64,000 bases of DNA from Octopus bimaculoides (taxonomy: Eukaryota). Positions 24,299 through 37,418 of this stretch are shown in pieces. The position numbers were made by a program, and so were the translations under genes. The stretch covers positions 93,602,367-93,666,366 of the forward strand of contig NC_068981.1 of the NCBI RefSeq assembly GCF_001194135.2, given 5' to 3'. The notes beneath the pieces are model-generated. The model saw nothing but the letters and a program-made list of their open reading frames with translations, searched no databases and was not told the DNA's origin. Positions within the stretch are counted from its first letter, which is position 1; the number at the start of each line of letters is the position of its first letter.

Positions 24299-26272
24299 NN
24301 NNNNNNNNNNNNNNNNNNNNNNNNNNNNNNNNNNNNNNNNNNNNNNNNNNNNNNNNNNNNNNNNNNNNNNNNNNNNNNNNNNNNNNNNATGCATGTATAT
24401 TTGTTTTAGCATGTTATATACGTTTCTTCTTTGAATAAGATATTTAAAAAAATTTTTAATCCCGCAATCCGTTCTGTTACTTCATTCTCATACTCATGTT
24501 TTTATAGCTCCAAATACTTTCATTTATTTTGAATATATTGTTTACAATCAGCGAGACACATCTTGTTTTTCAACTGGTTGTAATATTTACCATGAAATAT
24601 CAGTATGTCTCCCATCTGCAATAAGTGTAGATGCGTATGTGTGGATTTATATAATTATTTATATAGTTAGAGAACTTTTTTTCTTTCAAACGGTTTATAT
24701 GAAAGACACTGCTATGTTGGAGGTTAATCTTTTCATATAATTGATTTTTCAGATTTGCTTGTTAGTCCTTTATATTTAGAACCAGAACAATAACGTTCCT
24801 AGATATATTGATGTTTCATGACCTTCACAGTTACATATTCTGAATGAAATGCTATTATTTTCTATAGCCAGCAAGCAAGGGATTATGTAAATAATATAGT
24901 AACTGATGAAGTCATCTAAGCCCTATCTAGAATTGTAAAGCTTTCCATTCTAGGTTACAATTATTATTTATTAAACTAGTGCTGCATATACTTGTGGAAT
25001 TCGATTACCGTATTGCTGCTAATAAATCTTCCATAAATAAACTGCTAGTGTTACAGAATCTACTGTAGGATGATCGCATTCTGTACTAAAATTATTCCAC
25101 CGTATTTTTTCCCATACTCTATATTATTTGATGTCGCAGTGAGACAAGCCTTAAAATTTTCTCGTACAGATAACACTCACACTAAAGAAGTGATATTTTA
25201 ACGAACAAGCGTTCACTAAGCAAATCATACGAATGAAACAGGTATTAATTAATAGTGAATGCTTGAACGTTAGTTGAAAAGCTGCAGAACCATTTGGTTC
25301 CATTATGAACACACTGTATACATATATTGTGGAATACATGAACCAAATGCACCCAAGTAACAGTGTCACTTCATGAAAACGCTTGCAAATCAGAACACAA
25401 CATTTATTATAGCTAAACAGCAAGATCAAAGAGCAAGGCACCAGAACTAATCAAAATGAAACCATAAAGTTACCATAAAGCTTAGAAGTCTGGGGGCATG
25501 TTACAGACAATAAATGTAATATAAAAATATTTAATGTAAATATTAAAATTGTAAACCTTGTAACTCAAATTGTTACATTACTGGATTAATGTGTATTCTG
25601 GATTACTGGATTACTGCGCATTACTGGGTGTACTGTGTATAAGTACTGTGCATTCTTGTCTGTTGATGTTGATGTATTTGTTAAGATTGTGGATGATTTA
25701 TAGTTTTTAAAATAATACAAATCTTAAAAGATGTGTTTTGGTAGCAAAAATGAATTTCGCATTATATTTGTTTCGTGCCTTATGAACATCCAGGAAGCTA
25801 AACTGATTAAGGCGAGATAACTTGCGAATAAAGAAAAAGGGTTAAGCCTTTCATAATAGAAGTTTTGACATGAGAATTTAAAATAGTTTGACAGAGTATT
25901 TGAATGGACGACAAGGTTAAGAAAGTTCTAGTTCGAGAGAATAAGAAAACGAAAAGAAAAGGAAAGTGAAAAATATTTTGAAGAAGAAAAGACCCTAATA
26001 AAATTTGGTGTATTTTTAGATGAAATCAGCAATATTCTCCAAATTTGGGTCATCGTGGAATAGCAAAGAAGAGGTAATACAATTTGGTTTACAAGTTAAA
26101 TTAATAGAAAAACACTTCACCACCAGCCCTTTAATCATATCTCATAAGCCTGTTTACATGCACTAATTAATGCAATTATAAGTATAGATGATTAGAGATA
26201 TTGGTATATACGTATATGCGTATATATGTGTATATATTTATTATGCATATACATATAAACAAATACACAGCT

Positions 26273-26325
<53 letters not shown>

Positions 26326-26468
26326 ATTAAGGGTACCGAAGAGGCACTAACCTGCCAGAAATAGCGGTCAAAACTGACTCTAAAACGATATCATGTATTC
26401 ATATAGAACAGGTAAAAAGCCAAATGAACAAAGAAATTAGCAAACAAAAATAATGCTTAACTCCAGGT

Positions 26469-26508
26469 CAACGTTTTCTGGATTAATAAAATACTTTGCC
26501 TTCATCAG
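26469..26508 (-). ncRNA. Possible degenerate hammerhead motif of a PLE-type terminal repeat
   Basis: Minus strand CTGATGA-A-GG..CC-A-GAAAACGTT-G. Helix II is weak and helix I is poor. Confidence 0.3.
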
Positions 26509-26891
26509 CGGAAATATACAAAGATTAGAGCATAATTACAAATACATACAACATACAACATGTTGTATATACAACATACGATTACTTAAGTATACGCACG
26601 TATATATACGTGTATATGCATTTATATGCCAGACTAATTCATTTGTCCGCCTCACACCACGTGCTGTATGGTCAAAATATCACCACAGTGAATATGATGA
26701 TACGGAGCGAATATATATTTATATATAAAGAGGATAAGACCATTATTTAACAGAACGATCAAATCAAGTGGCCAATATGGAAAGAACCGTACAGGTAATA
26801 ATTATTATAGATATAAAATAATTACCCTCAATTATAATTACATTTACATTATTATATATCTATAATAATTATTGGAGACGCAATAATTAGT

Positions 26892-27247
26892 GGAGGCGCA
26901 ATGGCCCACTGGTAAGGGCAGCGGACTCGCGGTTATAGTATCGCGGCTTCGATTCCCAAATTGTTGTGAGTGTTTATTGAGCGAAAGCACCTAAAGCTCC
27001 ACGAGGCTCCGGCAGGCGATGGTGGCGAACCCTGCTGTACTCTTTCACTACAACTTTCTCTCACTCTGTAATTCAAAGGGACAGCCTTGTCACATTCTGT
27101 GTCATGCTGAATATCCCCGAGAACTACGTTAATGGTACATGTGTCTGTGGAGTGCTCAGCCACATACACGTTAATTTCACGAGCAGACTGTTCCGTTGAT
27201 CGGATCAACTGGAACCCTCGTCGTCGTAAGCAACGGAGTGCCAACAA
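26892..27247 (+). mobile_element. tRNA-derived SINE family C, full length
   Basis: GGAGGCGCAATGGCCC head, GCTTCGATTCCC B-box, tail CGGAGTGCCAACAA; homologous to 41952-42330. Confidence 0.9.
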
Positions 27248-27327
27248 TAGTAATTATTACTTATACGGTTTTTTCCATGCTGGCCACTTGATATGATCGT
27301 TATGTTAAATAATGGTCTTAGCCTCTT

Positions 27328-27381
<54 letters not shown>

Positions 27382-28299
27382 CGTGCGCGCGTATATCAAT
27401 GTATGTAAATTTGTATGTATTTTGATGTCTCTGTGGGTGTATATAACCTCGTTCTCTCTTTCTATATCCACATCCACAAATTATATATGCACTCAGATAT
27501 AATATATCAAAGAAACTAACTTTTGACTATCGAAATGGCTATAAAAATGTGCTCAAATCGACTTTTTCTAAAATTAGTTGCCATAATCATTTACACACTA
27601 GTTAATACATTCACAAGCTGTACATTGTCCTTTTGGAAATGTTCTTCCTGTATTTGAACTGGCATCATAACATTTGAAATTTGTTGTGGCCGTTGTTTTA
27701 TAAACGAGCGTTGGTAGTTATCCATATATTAACGGTATATTTCTATTTTTCTACTATAATTTACGCGCATTATTCCATATGATTTGCTATGTTATGATTC
27801 TAATTAATTGACGCATTTTCATGTTTATATGCTACTGCTGGCTTTTATTGATTGTACTCTATTACTTTCTGTATCAGAGCACTTTTAGATGTACTTTTAT
27901 GAATAATTCTGCCATCATGTACATGCACTCACATATGCAATTTTATAGAAGAGCTTTAATTTTAATTACATTGCCAAATTGAATTAGAAAATCACTCTAA
28001 TAGAGAACGGGAATATTACATTTCGTTTTCTATTATAAAAATACGGAGACACATGTATGTATGTATGTATGTATGTATGTATGCATGTATGTATGTACGT
28101 GGGGTAACTGCGTGTGTGTGTATTAATGTATATACATCTATATATCAATATTTATTTATCTATCTATGCATGTGTGCGTGTATGTATGTGTGTGTATGCA
28201 CACCCATGCCAGGTCATTCTTCTTGCTACTGGTAACATTTAACCCAATACAACTTGTCGTATAATCGGGCCGTAGGTAACTAAACCGTCAAATCCTACC

Positions 28300-28800
28300 A
28301 AGCTTGCTTAGTAAGGGGGTGGTGATGGACACTATGCAGAACGACTAGCAAAACTTGTCGACGGGTAGATGAACTTAGTAGAGAAAACGGCCATCCAATA
28401 ACTGCAATTGAAACCCCTTTAATTTCGGTATAAACCCCTCACAATTAGAAGGGGGAAAAAACGTAAAACATGTGACACCTTTTACATCCAATGATGCTAA
28501 CTAGTAGTTCTTGTTGGGCAAATGCATACGTTACGGAACGAGTGGAATTGGCTCTGTGCAAGACCTTTACTTCAAAATAAATCTTCAGACACGGGTTAAC
28601 GCTTCATTTTAAAAACCTTTATGTGCTGCAACCGAAAAAAGCAAAATATTCAATGAAAAATTTAGATAATGGAATGAAGGCACGTGTCAGTATGGGCGAT
28701 AAACTGTCTGAACACGCGCAACAAAATACGCTCATCGTTGACACATCTATACGAAAGAGTGTGTAGGTCTCTAGTAGGACAGAAAAGCCACATCTGTATT
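28300..28800 (+). mobile_element. Highly degraded RTE-like LINE remnant (tentative)
   Basis: DNGMKARVSMGDKLSE (~28665-28715) resembles the RTE RT segment HDGMxARVxxxGxLSE; the rest is not clearly translatable. Confidence 0.3.
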
Positions 28801-28862
28801 GTTCAAATCTTAGAGAGTAACCAAGCGATAGCATTGCTTGATATCGAGTCGCAGCCACCATG

Positions 28863-28894
<32 letters not shown>

Positions 28895-28921
28895 TGTATG
28901 TATGTATGTATGTATGTATGC

Positions 28922-28971
<50 letters not shown>

Positions 28972-30299
28972 NNNNNNNNNNNNNNNNNNNNNNNNNNNNN
29001 NNNNNNNNNNNNNNNNNNNNNNNNNNNNNNNNNNNNNNNNNNNNNNNNNNNNNNNNNNNNNNNNNNNNNNNNNNNNNNNNNNNNNNNNNNNNNNNNNNNN
29101 NNNNNNNNNNNNNNNNNNNNNNNNNNNNNNNNNNNNNNNNNNNNNNNNNNNNNNNNNNNNNNNNNNNNNNNNNNNNNNNNNNNNNNNNNNNNNNNNNNNN
29201 NNNNNNNNNNNNNNNNNNNNNNNNNNNNNNNNNNNNNNNNNNNNNNNNNNNNNNNNNNNNNNATATATATATATATATAGGATTCAAGCGAATCAGGTCC
29301 TTAAATAATAAAGCACCAATGTCAGATCAGTGAAATCGCTATTGCATTATTTGAAGAGAATGTGTAGATCAAAGTCATAAGTTGATAGCAATGTGTGTAA
29401 TTTCGGTTATCTGTACTTGTCTCTTATGGCTGAAGATTTTGGTGGGTACTATGAAATATCTAACAACATTTACTTACTGTTGGAGCACGGCTAGGTTATT
29501 TAAGATTTTTATTATATGCAGTATAGTAGCCATTGCTGTTGTTATTAAATGATGGTGAGGATGATGATGATNNNNNNNNNNTTTAAGATTTTTATTATAT
29601 GCAGTATAGTAGCCATTGCTGTTGTTATTAAATGATGGTGAGGATGATGATGATGATGATGACGACGACGACGATGATGATGATGGTGGTGGTGGTGGTG
29701 GCGATGATGGCAGCGAAGACTATAAGTATAACAATGATGGCCATAATGAAGTGGAAGTGATGGAGGAAGGAAGAAGAGTTATAAAGTTTATTTGGTATAG
29801 TAACTGGTTGAGAAAATTCCCATGGATATATTCTGCCTCACGAGCATATAGATAAGCAAGGTCCAATAGACTTATTGAACCGGGAAAATAGTCTCCTGAT
29901 CAAAATGCACCCATCCATGATCAATCCCATATTTTTCAGATACAATGTGGAATTCATTCTTATGACAATGGGTGTGATTCGAGGGTGATATCACTGTTAC
30001 ATCCAGTAACATTTAACCACTGTTAAATGACTCTATTGCTGGTTCTATTTTTAATGTATGTGGCATACGTTTATTGAATTTGAGTTTTTCCTTATTTATT
30101 AGTTTGGCTATTTCTGTTATGTTATTCAGTTTTTGCAAAACTAATATCTGTCTTTTGTGACGGTGTTTATACTGGAATATTATTAAATTTTGTAAAATGA
30201 ATTGTTATGACGGTTAGTGCATCATCAAGCAAGAGTTAAGAAAATATACAAAATGTGGATGACGTACTTAATTATGTGCAATAGAATGGTAGCAGGACA

Positions 30300-30545
30300 A
30301 GTGATGTTTTACTTAACTTAATGAAATATGTGGATTTGTTGTAAAATTTAAAGAAAGTTTAGTTGTGATGCTAGCATGGACCTTGTGTGTTATGTGTATT
30401 GCTTTTCTACCAGAAGGTGTTGTCTGCATTGAACTCCCCTTCAGTTAAGGTTTTTAGGAGAGCACTAACGTGATAGAGTTGGAATAAAATTATAACTTCC
30501 TTATAATGGAAAGTCGGTGGTGGCGTATATACATGTTTATTATAT
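30300..30545 (-). pseudogene. Relic APE endonuclease of an APE-type LINE
   Basis: Minus strand, in frame: HVYTPP..(~25 aa)..LTEGEFNADNTFW*KSNTHNTQG, matching the APE pattern xYxPP..GDFNAHxxxWG...NxRG. Confidence 0.5.
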
Positions 30546-31991
30546 GGACTTGACTTGTATTACTGTCTCTTTTTATTACTCATAATGTCTGTATTTTTAT
30601 TACACCTTAGTTTTCGGATTCCCCTTTCTGACATTCGAAATATTTCATGCCTGCTATAAATACCCCTACCGTCTGATTGAAAAGTCATTAAGGATTTAAG
30701 AATTTCTGTTTTGTGACAGCAAAAATATTTCCTAAACTATTGCTGAGTAAATAGTTACTTGGTAAAAGTCAGAGAAGGTTGCAGCAAGATTACATCGATG
30801 CTTTTCTATACTTTTCTATTCATTAATTTCAACCTATATTGACTTAGTGTTTCATCAATCTTGTTTAAGGAAAACGTAACAAGTAGCAGTGGTACACTGG
30901 CGTTGTGTCAGCTGATAACATCCCTTACAGTATTTTTAAAATTGGCCAATGAAAAGAAATCAGTTTCATGTAAGTTACCGTTCTACATATTCTTGTAAAT
31001 CTTACAGGAGATAGCTGTATTTTTTTAATGTTGGTTTTTTTTATCCTGTTATTGTTGAATTTTAACAAAGCATTTTTTCCTAGATTATTGGAATTCATTC
31101 ATTTCACGAAAAAGAGGAAAAAAGACCATAAAACCTTTTTTTCACTGAGCTGGAAAAACGTCGTCCTTTACGTGCGTTCACGCATTGATTGATACGCAAA
31201 TGAAAGCAAACAAATTAAAAATACACATTTTGTAAATATAGAACACATTTTTGTAGTTTCATAAACGATTTTTTTACGCNNNNNNNNNNNNNNNNNNNNN
31301 NNNNNNNNNNNNNNNNNNNNNNNNNNNNNNNNNNNNNNNNNNNNNNNNNNNNNNNNNNNNNNNNNNNNNNNNNNNNNNNNNNNNNNNNNNNNNNNNNNNN
31401 NNNNNNNNNNNNNNNNNNNNNNNNNNNNNNNNNNNNNNNNNNNNNNNNNNNNNNNNNNNNNNNNNNNNNNNNNNNNNNNNNNNNNNNNNNNNNNNNNNNN
31501 NNNNNNNNNNNNNNNNNNNNNNNNNNNNNNNNNNNNNNNNNNNNNNNNNNNNNNNNNNNNNNNNNNNNNNNNNNNNNNNNNNNNNNNNNNNNNNNNNNNN
31601 NNNNNNNNNNNNNNNNNNNNNNNNNNNNNNNNNNNNNNNNNNNNNNNNNNNNNNNNNNNNNNNNNNNNNNNNNNNNNNNNNNNNNNNNNNNNNNNNNNNN
31701 NNNNNNNNNNNNNNNNNNNNNNNNNNNNNNNNNNNNNNNNNNNNNNNNNNNNNNNNNNNNNNNNNNNNNNNNNNNNNNNNNNNNNNNNNNNNNNNNNNNN
31801 NNNNNNNNNNNNNNNNNNNNNNNNNNNNNNNNNNNNNNNNNNNNNNNNNNNNNNNNNNNNNNNNNNNNNNNNNNNNNNNNNNNNNNNNNNNNNNNNNNNN
31901 NNNNNNNNNNNNNNNNNNNNNNNNNNNNNNNNNNNNNNNNNNNNNNNNNNNNNNNNNNNNNNNNNNNNNNNNNGTATGCATGTATGTATGC

Positions 31992-32056
<65 letters not shown>

Positions 32057-33255
32057 TGCTCAGGGAAAGGAAGGAGAGAGGTGAAAGCGCGAAAGACTAC
32101 TGCATACATTCGCAGCCCAATTAAACACACAAAAACACCTACACAATGTTTATAACCAATCAAAACGGGGGAGAGTTGTATGTAAACAACTACCAAAAAT
32201 TACTTATGAACGATCGATTATCTCCTTAAACATAAACAATTTACAGAAAAGTAATTGATTAGTTTTAATTTAACCTAAAACATGTAGCAGCAGCTGCAGG
32301 ATTTGAAGAAGAAGAAGAAGAAGAAGAAGAAGAAGAAGAAGAAGAAGAAGAAGAAGAAGAAGAAGAAGAANNNNNNNNNNNNNNNNNNNNNNNNNNNNNN
32401 NNNNNNNNNNNNNNNNNNNNNNNNNNNNNNNNNNNNNNNNNNNNNNNNNNNNNNNNNNNNNNNNNNNNNNNNNNNNNNNNNNNNNNNNNNNNNNNNNNNN
32501 NNNNNNNNNNNNNNNNNNNNNNNNNNNNNNNNNNNNNNNNNNNNNNNNNNNNNNNNNNNNNNNNNNNNNNNNNNNNNNNNNNNNNNNNNNNNNNNNNNNN
32601 NNNNNNNNNNNNNNNNNNNNNNNNNNNNNNNNNNNNNNNNNNNNNNNNNNNNNNNNNNNNNNNNNNNNNNNNNNNNNNNNNNNNNNNNNNNNNNNNNNNN
32701 NNNNNNNNNNNNNNNNNNNNNNNNNNNNNNNNNNNNNNNNNNNNNNNNNNNNNNNNNNNNNNNNNNNNNNNNNNNNNNNNNNNNNNNNNNNNNNNNNNNN
32801 NNNNNNNNNNNNNNNNNNNNNNNNNNNNNNNNNNNNNNNNNNNNNNNNNNNNNNNNNNNNNNNNNNNNNNNNNNNNNNNNNNNNNNNNNNNNNNNNNNNN
32901 NNNNNNNNNNNNNNNNNNNNNNNNNNNNNNNNNNNNNNNNNNNNNNNNNNNNNNNNNNNNNNNNNNNNNNNNNNNNNNNNNNNNNNNNNNNNNNNNNNNN
33001 NNNNNNNNNNNNNNNNNNNNNNNNNNNNNNNNNNNNNNNNNNNNNNNNNNNNNNNNNNNNNNNNNNNNNNNNNNNNNNNNNNNNNNNNNNNNNNNNNNNN
33101 NNNNNNNNNNNNNNNNNNNNNNNNNNNNNNNNNNNNNNNNNNNNNNNNNNNNNNNNNNNNNNNNNNNNNNNNNNNNNNNNNNNNNNNNNNNNNNNNNNNN
33201 NNNNNNNNNNNNNNNNNNNNNNNNNNNNNNNNNNNNNNNNNNNNNNNNNNNNNNN

Positions 33256-33310
<55 letters not shown>

Positions 33311-33400
33311 AGACAATCAATAATATGTACGAAGAAAATCGTATCTTTATTTTAGATCAAACATTAAAAATCCAACAATTCTTTCAATTGCATTAACGTA

Positions 33401-33514
33401 TTGTTGTTGCTGGCACTCCGTCGCTTACGACGTCGAGGGTTCCAGTTGATCCGATCAACGGAACAGCCTGCTTCTGAAATTAACGTGCAAGCGGCTGAGC
33501 ACTCCACAGACACA
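33401..33514 (-). mobile_element. 3' fragment of SINE family C, truncated at a PLE junction
   Basis: Matches 41952-42058. Confidence 0.85.
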
Positions 33515-33515
33515 T

Positions 33516-34601
33516 CATCACATCCTCAAAGGCACCCATCATCGTCCCTATCATATCACTGACTCCTTTACCCTCACTTCTAGCAACGTCATTTATTGCA
33601 TCTCCTGCTCTTTATGTCCTTCTTTGTACATCGGTCAAACGGGACGCTGCTTGGCTGACCGGTTCGCGGACCACCTCCGAGACATTAGACTCGGCAATGA
33701 TACCCCAGCCTCGCGCTATTTCCGCTCTTCCGGTCATTCTACCTGTCAGTGTTCGGATTGTTTTTGCACAGGGGCCATCCGGACTCACATCTTCGCCGTG
33801 AACAGGAATTAATCTTCTCTCTTCGCTCCATTGAGCCACATGGCCGCAAATTCCTGTCATCTCTTCATCTAACTCCTCTCCTCTCTTCCTCTAACACCTA
33901 CATCCTCTCGTCACACTTACCCACCTCTCCTCTCTTGCCCAGACACGTACTTCCTTTCTCCACTCCAGCCACTTTTCCCTTCATTGCTAACCCCTCTATC
34001 CAAACCCTTCCTCACACATCCCACTCCCACATAACCCACCCCCACATTCTTACCCCAAATCCACACCCCACCCTCACATCCACACACCCTACCACCGCCA
34101 CACCACACACCATCACACCACCACACCACCACACCACCACACTACATCAAACCACTCCACACCACTCCGCACACACTAGCACTGACCACTTCCAACCACC
34201 CACACTATCATCCATACACCCATACATTACAGAAGCATAAGCTTACACACGCACACATCCACACGTCAAAGTCACCATCCCCAATCCACACGCACGCACA
34301 CACAGACACTCTCACATACACGCGCACCTTCGTTTTGAGATCACCAGTACTTTATTATCTTCTCTTCTTCCTAGCTCTTCTGTCTGTCTAACTACCTTTC
34401 TCCAACCAGTCACCATGATTGACCGATAACTCCACAAGTTTGTTTTGTTTTTTTTATTCGCTCTCTATTTCATCTTGTTCCTTTCTGCTGAAGAGCGTAG
34501 TATCGAAACGTTAAAAACTTTCTCAGCTTCTAGAACGTCAAACTTATACACCTGCTTGTTTATACACCTGTCTTCGCCTTTTGCTTTTCTGTAAATTTCA
34601 C

Positions 34602-34603
<2 letters not shown>
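33516..34603 (+). mobile_element. 5'-truncated Penelope-like element: GIY-YIG endonuclease, C/A-rich 3' region, terminal repeat
   Basis: 33519-33860 translates YHITDSFTLTSSNVIYCISCSLCPSLYIGQTGRCLADRFADHLRDIR..(frameshift)..RREQELIFSLRSIEPHG. Terminal repeat 34415-34603 is homologous to 35703-35908 and ends at (TA)n. Confidence 0.9.
34481..34517 (+). ncRNA. Degenerate minimal hammerhead in PLE terminal repeat
   Basis: CTTT-CTGCTGA-A-GAGC-GTA-GTATC-GAA-ACGT-T-AAAA. Confidence 0.5.
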
Positions 34604-34656
<53 letters not shown>

Positions 34657-35260
34657 TGCTTAAAGCTTATGGCGATCACCGTGCAATGACTAAGGAAAAT
34701 AGTCTAATAAAGTGGCATATAACCCCTCGACAGATAAAAGAAGGCTTTATATGCCCCTTTATTCGACCATTTTCTTTAGTAATTGCAAGAATTGTCAGGA
34801 TAAAACATTCGAGTTAACGTCTGTCAAACTTGGTGCATACGAAAATCGGACATTTCATTCTTAATGACCTGATATATATAGGGATAAAATATCCAGGCGG
34901 ATACCGTACGAACATTCGGGTATAGTCCACGTTCAGTCTAAGAGCATTGAATATTAAGAATCACCAAGGATTATTTAGAATGAGCCATCTCACTGTAAAT
35001 CATCCGATGCATAAATCCTGGGTTCGCTTCACTAGATTATGAATATTTACGAGAGTATAAATCCAAAACAACTGCAAAGGATCCGGAGACGGGAATATCT
35101 TCATGTTTTTTGTAACCTTTTTTTTTACAGTTAATTATACAACATAATCGGTCGTATAAAGCAATTATGCTGTCTAATTAACTATGAAAATAAAAATTGA
35201 AAGAAAAATGTGAAAGATGTACAAGTTTCTGTATTCTTTGTCATTGCTTTGTTGTTATAT

Positions 35261-35661
35261 CTTTTATCTTTTTCAGTCAGTTGACTGCGACCATGCTGGA
35301 GCACCACCTTGAAGTGTTTTAGTAGAACATATCGACTCCGAGATTTTTTTTTAAACTAGTTCTTATTCTATCAGTCTCTTTTCCCAAACTGCTAAGTTAC
35401 GGTAATATAAACACATCACCATTTGTCAAGTGATGGTGGTGAGCAAACACAGACACAAAGCACACACACACACAAATATATACATATATATACATATACG
35501 AAGGGTTTCTTTCAGTTTCTGTCTACCAAATCCATTCACAAGGCTTTGGTCGGTCGGAGGGTGCAGTAGAAGACACTTGTCCAAGGTGCTAGGTAGTGGG
35601 AATGAACCTGGAAACATGTGGTTGAGAAGCAAGCCATTTACCACACTGGCACGCCTGCACC
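35261..35661 (-). mobile_element. SINE family A
   Basis: Reverse complement of both halves with a short CA/TA spacer. Confidence 0.9.
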
Positions 35662-35702
<41 letters not shown>

Positions 35703-35707
<5 letters not shown>

Positions 35708-35908
35708 TGACCGTTGACTGAACACTATTCAATTTTTTTTCTCCAATTTTTTTTCTCCGTGTTTTTCTCCTTGTCTCCGTATTCTTTCTGTTGAAGAGCG
35801 TAGCTCGAAACGTCAAAGACTTTCCGTATTCCCGAGCGTTATACTAATATATACTTTTGTTATTTACACCACCTGTCCTCGTCTGTTGTTATTTTTTGTA
35901 TATTCTCC
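35703..35908 (+). mobile_element. Solo PLE terminal repeat between two (TA)n tracts
   Basis: Homologous to 34415-34603 (ATGATTGACCG..CTTTCTG(C/T)TGAAGAGCGTAG..CGAAACGT..CACCTGTC(C/T)TCG). Confidence 0.8.
35783..35819 (+). ncRNA. Minimal type I hammerhead ribozyme candidate (A6U variant)
   Basis: TCTTT-CTGTTGA-A-GAGC(GTA)GCTC-GAA-ACGT-C-AAAGA. Helices I and II are fully paired, ACGT palindrome as helix III, GUC triplet with predicted cut after 35814. Confidence 0.65.
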
Positions 35909-35928
35909 TATATATATATATATATATA

Positions 35929-37206
35929 CAGGGGTTAGACATAATAATGGAAATACCCAGCATTATAGGATCATAGCATCATAATTTTAAAATATCTAGA
36001 AAAGTGTCAAAAGCTTGTTTATTTTGTATGTTTTCTTTATTTATTATTAGTGTTGCTTAGTATGTTTTGCTAAAATTTCTGTTTCTTTTCAGATATCATC
36101 AGAAAAAGGTAACTAAAATTCATTAAAATGACAGATCTGTCGGACTTTCAAAGAGGTCAAATTGTTGGTGCTCGTATGTCAGGCCCCAGTGTAACGAAAA
36201 CAGCCAAAATATTTGGTGTATCAAGGAGTACTGTCTCGAAAGTAATGACAGCTTTGAGAAAGAGGGAAAAACCTCCTCATCGAAACAAATCTCCGGAAGA
36301 AGATTAAAACTTTGAGATGGTGACGTCAGACTCTTACGCGGATTGCTAGAAAGGATCACAAAAGTACAATTCCCAAAATTACTGCAGAGCTTAACGACCA
36401 CCTCGAGAACCCACTTTCCACAAAACTGTTCGCCAGGAGCTGCACAAAGCAGGATTTCACGGGAGGGCTGCAATCAGAAAACCACTACTTTCAAAAACAA
36501 ACATAGCAAACTGTATAGAGTGGAGTAAAAACCCATAGAATAGGTCCCTAGAGCAGTGGAAGAATGTGATTTTCTCGGACGAGTCATCCTTTACCTTATT
36601 TCCGACCACCAGCCGAGTATACGCGTGAAGACAGCCATAAGAAGCATTTGACGCAGATTGCCTTCTTCCAACTGTTAAACATGGAGGAGGATCTGTGATG
36701 AACTGTGGGGCTATATTTTGGAAATCCACCAGCCCAATGGTTTACCCTTCATGGCAGAATTAATAGTCAAGACTATTTAAGCATTTTATCTGATTAAATC
36801 CATCCTATGGTTGCGGAACTATTTCCGGAGGGAAACGCAATTTTTCAGGATGATAATGCACCAATTCACACAGCTAAAGTTATTACTAAATGGCACGAGG
36901 AACATTCTAGTGAAGTTGAACATCTTATCTGACCACCACAGTCGCCAGATATCAATGTTATTGAACATTTATGGTGTATTTCAGAAGAACAAGTAAGGAA
37001 TTGATATCCTCCACCATCACCACTACAAGAACTGGAGACTGTTTTAGCTGAAAATGGACAAAAATTCCTTTGGAAATAATTCGGACTTTGTACGAGTCCA
37101 TACCTCGTAGAACTCAAGCTGTAATTACTGCCAAAGGCAGTCCTACCCCATATTAAAATAATTTTTTGAAATTTTATGGTGTTTCCATTATTTTGTCCAA
37201 TCCCTG
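35929..37206 (+). mobile_element. Full-length Tc1-family DNA transposon (1278 bp)
   Basis: 29-bp TIRs CAGGGGTTAGACATAATAATGGAAATACC / CAGGGATTGGACAAAATAATGGAAACACC (25/29); TA on both sides, within (TA)n. Confidence 0.95.
36128..37156 (+). pseudogene. Tc1 DD34E transposase, disrupted by frameshifts and stops
   Basis: MTDLSDFQRGQIVGARM..GVSRSTVSKV..VIFSDESSFTLF..TVKHGGGSVM..FQDDNAPIH..PPQSPDINVIEHLW..KGSPTPY*. Confidence 0.9.
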
Positions 37207-37210
37207 TATA

Positions 37211-37280
<70 letters not shown>

Positions 37281-37358
37281 NNNNNNNNNNNNNNNNNNNN
37301 GGGAGAGAGAGAGGGAGAGAGAGAGGGAGAGAGAGAGAGAGTTAGCTAGCTAGCTAGC

Positions 37359-37418
<60 letters not shown>

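Noticed and set aside
29499-29655. 74-bp exact direct repeat around a 9-N gap
   Set aside because: Same gap-overlap artefact pattern.
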